This document shows, one piece after another, positions 18,434-28,484 of a stretch of DNA of 64,000 nucleotides (within the stretch, counting starts at the first letter, position 1; each line of letters starts with the position of its first letter). The notes under the pieces were generated by a model, which made no database searches, was not told the origin of the DNA, and saw nothing but the letters and a program-made list of their open reading frames with translations. The DNA lies in assembly GCA_902591565.1 (NCBI GenBank), contig CACJBC010000002.1, positions 12,114 to 76,113 on the forward strand, in the 5' to 3' direction. The DNA comes from an uncultured SAR86 cluster bacterium (lineage in GTDB: Bacteria > Pseudomonadota > Gammaproteobacteria > Magnimaribacterales > D2472). The position numbers and the translations under genes were made by a program.

Positions 18434-19399
18434 ATGCATTCAAAGATAGCACATTTTTTATTCATTGTTTTTTTAATATCATCATGTGGAGGTAGCTCAT
18501 CAACTACAACTATTGCAGATGACGACACTGTTTTATATCCCCTTAATGAAACTTGCATATCTATTGGAATTAACACTAAAAGGTGCAGTTTTATTCATGA
18601 TGATTTAGAGAGATATTATTTAATTTATACGCCATCATCAATGGGTAATGATAATGTACCGGTGTTATTTGCTCTCCACGGATACGGCTCATCAGCAATG
18701 ATACATAAATCTTATACTCAATATGAGGAGCTTGCTGAGCAAAATAAATTCATCATAGTTTATCCTCAAGGTTATAAACTTGAGTCCTTGCTAGTAAATA
18801 GTTCATCTCATTGGAATGTTGGTGCATGGACTGCTCCAAGCAATATTAATGACGTTGATTTTATCGAGACAATTATTAATTTAATATCAGATAAATATCA
18901 TATTAATAGTAGTAGAATCTATTCATCCGGAATGTCCAATGGTGGTTTTATGAGCTATCATTTGGCCTGTAATTTAAGTAGCAAAATTGCAGCTATAGCC
19001 TCTGTTACTGGTTCTATGAGTAAAGAAACATTAGCTAATTGTTCTCCAAATCATCCAACAGCAATCCTACAGATTCATGGCTTAGAAGATCTTGTAGTTC
19101 CTTATGTTGGGTTTGACGAACTTGGTATGGAGCCAATTGATGATGTGCTGAACTACTGGGCTGATATTAATAATTGTAATCCTGAAAGAATAGAAGCTGT
19201 TATAGATTTTATTAATACTAATAACTCAGTAGATTTAATTAGTTATGAATCCTGTACAAATAATGTTGATATAAAATTAATTAGAATTCCATCTATGGGT
19301 CATACATGGCCAAATTTAAATAATTTTAACATTTCAGCCACTCAAGAGATTTGGAATTTTTTATCACAATATGATTTAAATGGAAAAATTGTTAATTAA
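18434..19399 (+). CDS. lipoprotein esterase (PHB-depolymerase / feruloyl-esterase-like alpha/beta hydrolase)
   Basis: Lipobox LISSCGG, HGYGSS oxyanion region, GMSNGG nucleophile elbow and a late HGLEDLVVP block. Confidence 0.75.
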   Translation: MHSKIAHFLFIVFLISSCGGSSSTTTIADDDTVLYPLNETCISIGINTKRCSFIHDDLERYYLIYTPSSMGNDNVPVLFALHGYGSSAMIHKSYTQYEELAEQNKFIIVYPQGYKLESLLVNSSSHWNVGAWTAPSNINDVDFIETIINLISDKYHINSSRIYSSGMSNGGFMSYHLACNLSSKIAAIASVTGSMSKETLANCSPNHPTAILQIHGLEDLVVPYVGFDELGMEPIDDVLNYWADINNCNPERIEAVIDFINTNNSVDLISYESCTNNVDIKLIRIPSMGHTWPNLNNFNISATQEIWNFLSQYDLNGKIVN

Positions 19400-19446
19400 C
19401 AATCTCTTGATGTATATTCATTTAATATTCTTATATAAAAAATATC

Positions 19447-20178
19447 ATGACTGATCCTGTAAACATAATTTGTATGAAGTGGGGAGATAAATTTCCTGCA
19501 TCATATGTAAATCGTCTTTACGGCATGATCTCAAAAAATATTACATTACCTTTTCAGCTAGTTTGTTTTACTGAGATTAGTGATGGTATTCGTGAAGAAG
19601 TGCTTATCATGCCATTGCCAGAATTACACTTACCTGATGGTTCACCTGAAAGAGGTTGGCGAAAATTAACAATATTATCTAACAATCTATACGATTTATC
19701 TGGCCCAGCTTTATTTTTAGATTTAGACATATTAATTGTTAATAATATTGATGGTTTTTTTGAATATCCTGGAAATTTTTTAATAGCTCACGATAAAAAA
19801 AGACCAAAAAAAATAGAGGGAAATTCATCGGTTTTTCGTTTTAATATTGGTGAGCATAATGATATTTTGGAATTCTTTGAAAAAAATTTCAATTCTATAA
19901 AAAATCAATTTAGACACGAGCAAGCTTATCTTTCCAGCAAAGTTCATCAAAAAAAGGCTTTAAATTATTGGCCTGATGAGTGGGTGCCTAGTTTTAAATA
20001 TCACTGTGTTCCAAAGTTTCCATATAATTTAATTAAGACACCCAGCATTCCTCTAAATGCAAAAATTATTTTATTTCATGGCTTACCTAATCCTCCTGAT
20101 GCAATAAAGGGAAAGAGTGGTAAATGGTATCGATATATAAAGCCTACTCCATGGATTGAGGATTATTGGCAAGAATAA
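19447..20178 (+). CDS. hypothetical protein, possibly a GT-A-like glycosyltransferase
   Basis: Long intact ORF. The N-terminal ICMKWGDKFPASYVNRLYGMI block and a DxD-like LDLD motif suggest a nucleotide-sugar transferase fold. Function is not secure. Confidence 0.55.
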   Translation: MTDPVNIICMKWGDKFPASYVNRLYGMISKNITLPFQLVCFTEISDGIREEVLIMPLPELHLPDGSPERGWRKLTILSNNLYDLSGPALFLDLDILIVNNIDGFFEYPGNFLIAHDKKRPKKIEGNSSVFRFNIGEHNDILEFFEKNFNSIKNQFRHEQAYLSSKVHQKKALNYWPDEWVPSFKYHCVPKFPYNLIKTPSIPLNAKIILFHGLPNPPDAIKGKSGKWYRYIKPTPWIEDYWQE

Positions 20179-20271
20179 ATCCCAGGGGACAAATTTAAAA
20201 ATTTAAGTTTTTTGAAATATACACTTAATATTGTATATTTAAAAGAAATGTTAATTTAATAGGGAGTTAAA

Positions 20272-21030
20272 ATGAAACAATTATTTACGGTTTTACTAAC
20301 CATGAGTTTTGTTATTTACGCACAGGACGATGTTCAATATAAATATGAACCTGAAGCAAACAAAGCAGAGTACTATATTGGAACTTTTAATAAGGGCAAA
20401 GATGTTGAAGATTTGTCTGCTTGGTATGAAAAGTTTGCAAAATGGGCAGAAACAAAAGATGGAATATATGATTCCATGTCAGTAGCAATTTTGCAGCCAT
20501 ATTTCCATTCTAATTTAGCTGGTATAGATGTTATGTGGGTTAATACATGGCCGACACCCGGTGAGCAATTTAAGGGCCTAGAAACATGGATTACAGATGG
20601 CGGCGCATATTTATTAAAATCATTACCAGTTACCAATTCACAGCAAATTGATACATGGCAGTGGACTATATCTCAACCAGCTAGCATGCAAGCAGGTAAT
20701 ATGATGTATGCAACTTATGCAGATTGTAGCTTAGAGGAAGGTTATGATCTTAGACAGGTCTATGATTTATACAAAGACTTTGCTATTTATGCTCAATCAG
20801 AAGGTGACACCGTAGGAAGAAAAATTATAGTTCCTGATTCAGGTGTTCAATTAGCGGATGGAGTAGATTTTGTACGACTAATGTACTCTTCATCAATTTC
20901 AGAAAGAGGCTCCAATGCTGATTTATACTTTTCTAAAATTATTGATTCTGAGGCAGATCAAAATCTTAAAGGATTTTCATGTACTAATGCTCGATCATAT
21001 TTTGGAGCAGCAATGAGGAGTCCTAGCTAA
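20272..21030 (+). CDS. secreted hypothetical protein
   Basis: GGGAG SD and a signal peptide (MKQLFTVLLTMSFVIYAQ). No family recognised. Confidence 0.6.
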   Translation: MKQLFTVLLTMSFVIYAQDDVQYKYEPEANKAEYYIGTFNKGKDVEDLSAWYEKFAKWAETKDGIYDSMSVAILQPYFHSNLAGIDVMWVNTWPTPGEQFKGLETWITDGGAYLLKSLPVTNSQQIDTWQWTISQPASMQAGNMMYATYADCSLEEGYDLRQVYDLYKDFAIYAQSEGDTVGRKIIVPDSGVQLADGVDFVRLMYSSSISERGSNADLYFSKIIDSEADQNLKGFSCTNARSYFGAAMRSPS

Positions 21031-21048
21031 AATAAATTAGTTATTTTT

Positions 21049-21078
21049 AATGGGAGCAATAGCTCCCATTTTTTTTAT
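21049..21078 (+). terminator. rho-independent terminator
   Basis: AATGGGAGC-aata-GCTCCCATT followed by T8. Confidence 0.7.
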
Positions 21079-21081
21079 TTC

Positions 21082-22221
21082 ATGCATAATAATCCTGTGG
21101 ATTATTCAAATCATATAGCAATTATTGGTGGAGGAATATCAGGGTTAACTTTGGGTTGTGTTTTAAAAAACGCAAAAATTCCAGTCATTATTTTTGAGAA
21201 ATCAAATGACGTAAGCGATTATGGTGCAGGAATCTCAATCTCTCCAAATGGAATTAGAGTTCTTAAATATTTAGATGTATATAATGAAATTATCTCCGTA
21301 TCTGCAAATCCAAAAGAAGCAATTTATTCATCTATAAAAAAAAAGATAGCTAGCTTTAATGTAAATGTTGTTACAACTTCTAGAAAGGCTTTGTATGAAG
21401 TTTTATACAACAAATTTAAAGACATGGGAGGTGAAATTTTATTTAACCATGAATTATTAAAAGCAGATGTTGAAAATTTAAAATTACATTTTAGTAATAA
21501 TAATTCATATAAGGTAAGACACATAGCAGCTTGTGATGGTATAAAATCTATATGTAGACATAGTATTGAACTTCAAACTGATCCTGAATATAGCGGATAT
21601 TCTATATGGCGAGCAATTTTTAATAAAAAACAAAAAAATATTAGAACTTATTTAGGACCAAATCATCATATTGTTACTTATCCAATTTCTGCTTCAAAGA
21701 TTAGTTTTGTTGCGGCTATTAAAACTGATAAAAAATATAGGGAATCATGGAGAATAGCTGGAACATTAAATGAACTTAAAGAGGATTTAGTTTTGAGTGA
21801 TATCAATCACTTTTCTTTCATTACAGAAAAAACTCCTTTATATAAATGGGGAATTTATATAAGACCAATGATTAAAAATATTCAATATAAAAATTTAACG
21901 CTGTTGGGTGATGCTGCACATCCAATTGTCCCATTTATAGGACAAGGAGGATGCTTAGCTATGGAAGATGCATTCATATTTGGTAATTTAGTAATTAAAT
22001 TTAATTCTGATATTAGTTCTGCTCAAAGCTCATATGAAAAATTAAGAATGCACAGAATTAAAATGATTTCAAAATTATCTTTAAGACAAGGCTATTTAAA
22101 TCATCTTTCAAACCCATTAGTAGTTCTTATTAGAAATCTTGTTATGAAGTATTTTTCTTTTTTGGCTATAAGATCAATTAAATCAAATGTATGGGACTAT
22201 GACCCACAAAAAGACATATAG
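21082..22221 (+). CDS. FAD-dependent aromatic-ring monooxygenase (salicylate hydroxylase/UbiH-like)
   Basis: IIGGGISGLT dinucleotide motif, ACDGIKSICR (DG motif) and GDAAHPIVPFIGQGG. Confidence 0.8.
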   Translation: MHNNPVDYSNHIAIIGGGISGLTLGCVLKNAKIPVIIFEKSNDVSDYGAGISISPNGIRVLKYLDVYNEIISVSANPKEAIYSSIKKKIASFNVNVVTTSRKALYEVLYNKFKDMGGEILFNHELLKADVENLKLHFSNNNSYKVRHIAACDGIKSICRHSIELQTDPEYSGYSIWRAIFNKKQKNIRTYLGPNHHIVTYPISASKISFVAAIKTDKKYRESWRIAGTLNELKEDLVLSDINHFSFITEKTPLYKWGIYIRPMIKNIQYKNLTLLGDAAHPIVPFIGQGGCLAMEDAFIFGNLVIKFNSDISSAQSSYEKLRMHRIKMISKLSLRQGYLNHLSNPLVVLIRNLVMKYFSFLAIRSIKSNVWDYDPQKDI

Positions 22222-22269
22222 TTTTTAGCAATACTTGATAGTTAATGGTATTGGTTATTTGATTCAACT

Positions 22270-22278
22270 TGCTATAAT
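22270..22278 (+). promoter_or_regulatory. extended -10 element TGcTATAAT ending 6 nt before the glcB ATG
   Basis: TGCTATAAT at 22270-22278, TTGGTT 16 nt upstream, and no Shine-Dalgarno between it and ATG 22285. Confidence 0.4.
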
Positions 22279-22284
22279 CCTCCA

Positions 22285-24504
22285 ATGAATATTTTTACCA
22301 AACTGACCTCTTTTTTTAAACAAAAAAAACCTGGAAATACGACAACTCAATCAAATTTATCATCCTTGGTAATCTCAAAAGATCTCAAAAATTTTTTAGA
22401 AAATGAAGTGCTTATTGGTCTTGATATCTCAAAAGATCATTTCTGGTCTTCTTTTGAAGCAATCGTTAATGAATTCTCGCCAAGAAATAAGGATTTATTA
22501 GAAAAAAGAGACAAAATTCAATCTAAAATTGATAGCTGGCATATAGATCGAAAAGGCCAAGATTTTAACTTTACTGAGTACAAATCATTTTTAACAGAGA
22601 TTGGTTATATTGCGCCTAGAAGTGAAGATTTTAAAATTTCTACTGATAATGTAGACCCTGAAATAAAAACTATAGCTGGCCCACAACTGGTTGTTCCAGT
22701 AATGAATGCAAGATTTGCACTAAATGCTGCTAATGCAAGATGGGGCAGTCTTTATGATGCTTTATACGGCACAGATGTTATTAGTGAAAGTGATGGAGCA
22801 GAAAAAGTCGGTGGCTATAATCCTGTCAGAGGAGACAAAGTTATAGATTTTGCTAAGAACTTTTTGGACGAAACCATACCTCTTGCTGATGGAAGTTACA
22901 AAGACGTTTTAGGGTTTGAATTCGTCGATGGAAATATTCAAGCCGTTCTCCCTGATTTATTAAAAGTAAAGTTAAAAAATCCAGCCCAATATATCGGATA
23001 TAGAGATGATAACAATCATGCTTATTCTCTTTTATTTAAAAATAATAATTTACATTTTGAAATACAAATTGATTCTAATCATCCTATTGGCCAGACTGAT
23101 AAAGCTGGTATCAAAGACATTTTGATGGAATCAGCAATAACTACAATACAAGATTGCGAAGACTCCGTTGCAGCTGTTGATGGAGAAGATAAAACAGCAG
23201 TTTATAGAAATTGGTTAGGTTTGATGAAAGGAGATTTACAAGAATCCTTTACCAAAAATGATTCTGTTATGACTAGAAAGCTAAATCCTGATAGGAACTA
23301 TATATCCAAAGAGGGTCATGAAATAACTCTTCCAGGCAGAAGTTTAATGTTGGTAAGGAATGTTGGTCATTTGATGACAAATCCTGGTGTTTTAGATGCT
23401 CAAGGTAATGAAGTGCCTGAAGGCATTATTGATGCAATGTTTACAATTTGTATTGCTATGCATGATTTAAATAAGAATGGTTTATATCAAAATTCAAAAA
23501 CTGGCAGCGTATATATTGTTAAACCTAAAATGCATGGACCAGAAGAAGTTCAATTTACTTGTGATTTATTTTCAGCCGTTGAAAAAGCATTAGATTTACC
23601 TCATTTAACAGTCAAAGTTGGAATTATGGATGAAGAAAGAAGAACAACGGTTAATCTAAAAGAGTGCATTGAAGTCGCAAAAGACAGAGTAATTTTTATT
23701 AATACTGGCTTTCTTGATAGAACAGGCGACGAAATTCATACAAGCATGGAAGCTGGCCCAATGATCACTAAAGCAGACATGAAGTTACATCAATGGATAG
23801 CGCAATACGAAAATTGGAATGTTGATATAGGCTTAGAAACAGGTTTTAAGGGAAAAGCACAAATTGGAAAAGGAATGTGGCCAATGCCTGATGAAATGCT
23901 TGGAATGTACAATACAAAAACTATGCATCCTAAAGCTGGAGCTAATTGTGCATGGGTACCTTCTCCAACCGCAGCGACTCTTCATGCAATTCACTATCAT
24001 CAGATTTTAGTTAGTGATGAGCAAGAGTTAATTATGAATAGAGAAAAAGCTAATCTCGATGCTATTTTAGACATACCTATTCATAAAAACCCTTCAGAGA
24101 TACCTGCTGAAGAAATTCAAGCAGAACTAGAAAATAATTGTCAGGGTATATTGGGTTATGTTGTGAGATGGGTTGATCAGGGTGTTGGTTGTTCTAAAGT
24201 GCCTGATATAAATAATGTTGGATTAATGGAAGATAGAGCTACATGCAGAATATCTAGTCAACATATAGCCAATTGGCTTCACCATGATTTAGTTTCAAAT
24301 GAGCAAGTCAGAGAAGCTATGAAAAAAATGGCAATTGTTGTAGATGAGCAAAATGCCTCAGACCCTTTATATAAACCAATGGCACCTGGATATGATGGTT
24401 TGGCATTTACAGCAGCTTGTAATTTAGCTATTGAGGGTAGAGTTCAGCCAAGTGGTTATACAGAGCCAATTCTTCACGAAACCAGGCTAAAATTTAAGTC
24501 TTAA
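22285..24504 (+). CDS. glcB: malate synthase G
   Basis: 739 aa with [32 protein letters not shown] and further blocks characteristic of GlcB. Confidence 0.92.
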   Translation: MNIFTKLTSFFKQKKPGNTTTQSNLSSLVISKDLKNFLENEVLIGLDISKDHFWSSFEAIVNEFSPRNKDLLEKRDKIQSKIDSWHIDRKGQDFNFTEYKSFLTEIGYIAPRSEDFKISTDNVDPEIKTIAGPQLVVPVMNARFALNAANARWGSLYDALYGTDVISESDGAEKVGGYNPVRGDKVIDFAKNFLDETIPLADGSYKDVLGFEFVDGNIQAVLPDLLKVKLKNPAQYIGYRDDNNHAYSLLFKNNNLHFEIQIDSNHPIGQTDKAGIKDILMESAITTIQDCEDSVAAVDGEDKTAVYRNWLGLMKGDLQESFTKNDSVMTRKLNPDRNYISKEGHEITLPGRSLMLVRNVGHLMTNPGVLDAQGNEVPEGIIDAMFTICIAMHDLNKNGLYQNSKTGSVYIVKPKMHGPEEVQFTCDLFSAVEKALDLPHLTVKVGIMDEERRTTVNLKECIEVAKDRVIFINTGFLDRTGDEIHTSMEAGPMITKADMKLHQWIAQYENWNVDIGLETGFKGKAQIGKGMWPMPDEMLGMYNTKTMHPKAGANCAWVPSPTAATLHAIHYHQILVSDEQELIMNREKANLDAILDIPIHKNPSEIPAEEIQAELENNCQGILGYVVRWVDQGVGCSKVPDINNVGLMEDRATCRISSQHIANWLHHDLVSNEQVREAMKKMAIVVDEQNASDPLYKPMAPGYDGLAFTAACNLAIEGRVQPSGYTEPILHETRLKFKS

Positions 24505-24512
24505 AGACAGAC

Positions 24513-24800
24513 ATGAAAGCATATTGGGTAGTAAGAGGTAATATCTTAAAGCCCGATGAATATGCTAAATATATTGCTTTAGCAGGTCCCATAATAAAGA
24601 AATTCAAAGGGAAGTTTATAGTTAGAGGTGGCAAACAGATTGAAGTAGAAGGGGTAGGTTATCAACGAACAGTAGTTATCGAGTTTAATTCGTTTGAAGA
24701 GGCTCAATTTTGTTATAACTCTGATGAATATCAAGAAGCATTAAATTATGTGAAATCCTCTGCAAAAAGATTGGTAACGATTGTAGAAGGTGTTCTCTAG
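24513..24800 (+). CDS. DUF1330-like small protein
   Basis: 95 aa. MKAYWVVRGNI...VVIEFNSFEEAQFCYNSDEYQEA matches the DUF1330 pattern as I remember it. Lies 8 nt after glcB. Confidence 0.65.
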   Translation: MKAYWVVRGNILKPDEYAKYIALAGPIIKKFKGKFIVRGGKQIEVEGVGYQRTVVIEFNSFEEAQFCYNSDEYQEALNYVKSSAKRLVTIVEGVL

Positions 24801-24808
24801 TTAAACAT

Positions 24809-25777
24809 ATGCAAAAAATTTATTTCATTCTTCTTATACTTGTATCGGGATTTTTATTTGCTGAGTATAAAAATACTAATGGTGTTGCTTCTGATAAATC
24901 ATTTGCAGATATGTTGAAATGGATTAGATCAGATATAGAACCAAAGATTACTAAGATTGAAATCTCATCTGAATGGCAAAAATTAAATTTATTAGAGGAT
25001 GATAATTATGCTGTCTGGATAGGCCACTCTACTTTTTTAATTAAAAAAAATGGTCTTACTATTCTTACCGACCCTATTTTTTCTAAAAGAGCATCTCCTT
25101 TTAAAAATATTGGACCAAAAAGGTTAATACCACCAGCTATCCCATTGGATATTATTCCACGTATTGATGTAGTCACTGTAAGTCATAACCATTATGATCA
25201 TTTAGATATAAATTCTTTAAAAAAGATTGCAAAAAAGAACCCTGATGCAATTTTTTTAGTACCAGCAGGTGATGATAAACTATTATCAAGAAAAAAAATC
25301 AATAATGTTTATAGCTTTGGTTGGTGGGAATCATTTGATTTTTCTGGTTTTAAATTTACATTTACCCCTGTACAACATTGGTCTAAAAGATCGCTGTTTG
25401 ATAGAAATAAAAGTTTGTGGGGAGGCTGGTTTATTGAACATAAAGACTACTCTTTTTATCATGCTGGCGATACTGGTTATTCCAAAGACTTTATTGAGAC
25501 TAAATTAAGACTTGGATCTCCAAAATATGCCTTTATTCCTATTGGCGCCTATGACCCTGAATGGTTTATGGCAGATAGTCATGTAAATCCTGAAGATGCT
25601 GTTCAGATCATGTTAGATCTTGATGCAGAAAAAGGATATGGAATGCATTGGGCTACTTTTACATTAACAGATGAAGATACAATTGAGCCTATGGTTAGAC
25701 TTAATAATGCAGTTAACAATATAGGTAATATAGACTTTGTATCATTGGTTCCTGGAGAAATTATCTATTTAGATTAA
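24809..25777 (+). CDS. MBL-fold metallo-hydrolase (NAPE-PLD-like), membrane-anchored or exported
   Basis: HxHxDH motif as SHNHYDHLD, later HAGDTGY and a HW block. N-terminal hydrophobic segment. Confidence 0.8.
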   Translation: MQKIYFILLILVSGFLFAEYKNTNGVASDKSFADMLKWIRSDIEPKITKIEISSEWQKLNLLEDDNYAVWIGHSTFLIKKNGLTILTDPIFSKRASPFKNIGPKRLIPPAIPLDIIPRIDVVTVSHNHYDHLDINSLKKIAKKNPDAIFLVPAGDDKLLSRKKINNVYSFGWWESFDFSGFKFTFTPVQHWSKRSLFDRNKSLWGGWFIEHKDYSFYHAGDTGYSKDFIETKLRLGSPKYAFIPIGAYDPEWFMADSHVNPEDAVQIMLDLDAEKGYGMHWATFTLTDEDTIEPMVRLNNAVNNIGNIDFVSLVPGEIIYLD

Positions 25778-25824
25778 TTAACAATTTACTTAAAAATTTT
25801 TGTTAGGTAATATGTTGAATCTTT

Positions 25825-25900
<76 letters not shown>

Positions 25901-25905
25901 ATTTA

Positions 25906-27273
25906 CTACTTTGAAATCTTTGAAAGTCCAAGTCGTTTTTCAAGATAATCAATTATTAAAGAAGCTACATTTACAGTATTAACTGACTCAATTCCCTGAA
26001 GTCCTGGTGAGCTATTAACTTCTAATACTTTAGGTCCCTCATTCGAACGTAAAATATCTACTCCTGCTACATTTAATCCCATAGCTTTTGCAGCTTTTTT
26101 AGCAATTTTTCTTTCATCTAATGTTATTTTTGCTTTAGTAGCTTTTCCACCAGCATGGAGATTTGATCGAAAATCATCATCTGATGCTGAACGAATCATA
26201 CTAGCTACAACTTTCCCACCAATAACAAATAATCTCAAATCTGATCCATTAGCATCTTTAACAAAATCCTGAACAATAAATGGAGCATTTAATTTCTGAA
26301 AAGCACTTATTACACTTGAAGCAGCTTTTTTAGTTTCTGCTAAGATAACACCTTTGCCTTGAGAGCTTTCTAGCAGTTTTACTACAAGAGGTGCACCGGC
26401 AGCTAAATCAATAATATTATCAGTATCTCTTGGTGAATTTGCAAAAGCAGTATCAGGCATAGGTATTCTATTAATCGCTAAGGATTGATGAGCAGCCAAT
26501 TTATCTCGTGAGGTGCCAATAGACGATGAGGAGTTTAGACAAAAAGTACCCATTGCCTCAAATTGCCTAACAACTGCCATACCATACTTAGTTATTGATG
26601 GTCCAATTCTAGGAATGATTGCATCATAGTGTGGTAAAACTTTACCATCGTAATGGACTTCAGGATTATCTGATTCAATATTTAAATAACATCTTTTTGT
26701 ATTTAATATTTCACAAAAATGACCATTATTTTCTGCAGCTTCAATTATTTTTCTGTTTGAGTAGTTATTTGGTTCAAGGCTTAGTATTCCAATTCTTAAT
26801 GATCTTCTATATTTATTGTTTTTAGCTTTTTTGTATAAGTCATAACTAAGTATTTTTTGTAAAAAACTTTTATCTGCTGAAATTTGAAACCCATCAAGAG
26901 CACTTCTGCCTATAATCATCTTATACTTCATATTTTCTCTGTTGGTTAATGTAACAGGTATTTTTTTCTTAACATCACCAATTATTATTTCAGTTTCAAT
27001 AACGTACCTAAGCTCAGAAATACCATTTGATGATGTTACATTTCTTTGATCAATAATTTTTGCAGAGCAAAATACAGAAAACCTATCATCAGTATCAATT
27101 GGATTAATACCAAATCTAACCATTTGATTATTTTCTTTACCAAATGTTTGAATATTGAAAGCATGAAGTGCAGAAGTTTCAGCACCAGTATCTGTTTTAG
27201 CAAGAAGAGCGGGGAGGTTTAGTTCAGGCAAACTTACCCATTCTTCCCATCCAACATAATTGTCAATTTCCAT
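25906..27273 (-). CDS. rimK: RimK-type ATP-grasp alpha-L-glutamate ligase fused to an N-terminal retropepsin-like (RimB / 'ATP-dependent zinc protease') domain
   Basis: The C-terminal ~300 aa carry RimK ATP-grasp blocks (PLVVKLLESSQGKGV, DLRLFVIGGKV, AGVDILRSNEGPKVLEVNSSPG). The N-terminal ~140 aa (VGWEEWVSLPELNLPALLAKTDTGAETSALHA) match the PF05618-type domain. ATG at 27273 preferred over TTG at 27279. Confidence 0.85.
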   Translation of the reverse strand: MEIDNYVGWEEWVSLPELNLPALLAKTDTGAETSALHAFNIQTFGKENNQMVRFGINPIDTDDRFSVFCSAKIIDQRNVTSSNGISELRYVIETEIIIGDVKKKIPVTLTNRENMKYKMIIGRSALDGFQISADKSFLQKILSYDLYKKAKNNKYRRSLRIGILSLEPNNYSNRKIIEAAENNGHFCEILNTKRCYLNIESDNPEVHYDGKVLPHYDAIIPRIGPSITKYGMAVVRQFEAMGTFCLNSSSSIGTSRDKLAAHQSLAINRIPMPDTAFANSPRDTDNIIDLAAGAPLVVKLLESSQGKGVILAETKKAASSVISAFQKLNAPFIVQDFVKDANGSDLRLFVIGGKVVASMIRSASDDDFRSNLHAGGKATKAKITLDERKIAKKAAKAMGLNVAGVDILRSNEGPKVLEVNSSPGLQGIESVNTVNVASLIIDYLEKRLGLSKISK

Positions 27274-27349
27274 GAACAATTTTTATAGTTTTTTTTGAAA
27301 TTTACAAGACAAAATATCAAAAAATATTTCGTATTAGCTTATATAAATT

Positions 27350-27358
27350 TGCTATAGT
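27350..27358 (+). promoter_or_regulatory. extended -10 element TGcTATAGT ending 6 nt before the ald ATG
   Basis: TGCTATAGT at 27350-27358, then gaaaat, then ATG 27365. No SD. Confidence 0.4.
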
Positions 27359-27364
27359 GAAAAT

Positions 27365-28459
27365 ATGAAAATAGGCGTTCCTAAAGAAATTAAAAATAAC
27401 GAACATAGAGTAGGCCTTACACCTCATTCAGTTTCTGAATTAGTCAAAAATAATCATGAAATTTTTATAGAATCAAATGCTGGCAATGAGATAGGTTTTT
27501 TAGATGTAGATTATCAGAACGCTGGCGCAACCATCATCTCTTCTGCACAAGAACTCTATGCTTCATCTGAACTAATAATTAAAGTAAAGGAGCCTATACA
27601 TGAAGAATTTAAGTACTTAAGAAGAGGGCAAACAGTCTTTGCTTATCTTCATTTAGCAGGAGACCAAAAGTCTGGAATTGATTTAACTGCTACTGGCATT
27701 ACTGGTATAGCCTTAGAAACAGTTACTGCAGATGATGGAAGTATGCCTCTATTATCTCCAATGAGTGAAATTGCTGGTCAGCTAAGCATTATTGTTGGCT
27801 CTTATCATTTATTAAAACCAAACAAAGGAATGGGAACATTAATTGGCTCAGTAAGTGATATAGAACCAAGAACCATTACTATTATTGGTGCTGGAGTTGC
27901 AGGCACAGAAGCAATTAAAAAAGCAATTGATAATAGAGCAAATGTTAAAATCGTTGATTTGTCATCTAAGAAATTGACAGAATTAGAAAAAAGGTTTGGT
28001 AATAAAAATATTGAATATATTATTTCTTCTGATAGTTCTATTGAAGCAGCAATTAGAGAATCTGATTTAGTTATAGGGGCTGTATATGTTGTTGGCAAAC
28101 AAGCACCAAAAGTTATTAAAAAATCTATGCTTTCTTGCATGAAGCTTGGAGCTGTCATGGTTGATATTTCTATCGACCAGGGTGGCTGTTTTGAATCAAG
28201 CAGACCAACAACACATGATGATCCGGTGTATATAGAAGAGGGTATTATTCATTATTGTGTTACTAATATGCCTGGAGCGGTCCCGCTAACAGCTACAGAA
28301 TCTTTAAATCGAGCAACACTTCCATATATTCTTGAGTTAGCCAATAAAGGCATCGAAACTGCTCTCAAAGAAAATCATCATTTAGCAAACGGTTTAAATA
28401 TTGAAAATGGCCAAATAATCCACGAGGGTGTGAGAGAAGCATTATTAAGTTCAGAATAA
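27365..28459 (+). CDS. ald: alanine dehydrogenase
   Basis: MKIGVPKEIKNNEHRVGLTP N-terminus and IIGAGVAGTEA NAD motif. 364 aa, typical Ald length. Confidence 0.9.
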   Translation: MKIGVPKEIKNNEHRVGLTPHSVSELVKNNHEIFIESNAGNEIGFLDVDYQNAGATIISSAQELYASSELIIKVKEPIHEEFKYLRRGQTVFAYLHLAGDQKSGIDLTATGITGIALETVTADDGSMPLLSPMSEIAGQLSIIVGSYHLLKPNKGMGTLIGSVSDIEPRTITIIGAGVAGTEAIKKAIDNRANVKIVDLSSKKLTELEKRFGNKNIEYIISSDSSIEAAIRESDLVIGAVYVVGKQAPKVIKKSMLSCMKLGAVMVDISIDQGGCFESSRPTTHDDPVYIEEGIIHYCVTNMPGAVPLTATESLNRATLPYILELANKGIETALKENHHLANGLNIENGQIIHEGVREALLSSE

Positions 28460-28484
28460 TTGCATTTGGTATAGAATTAAATTT

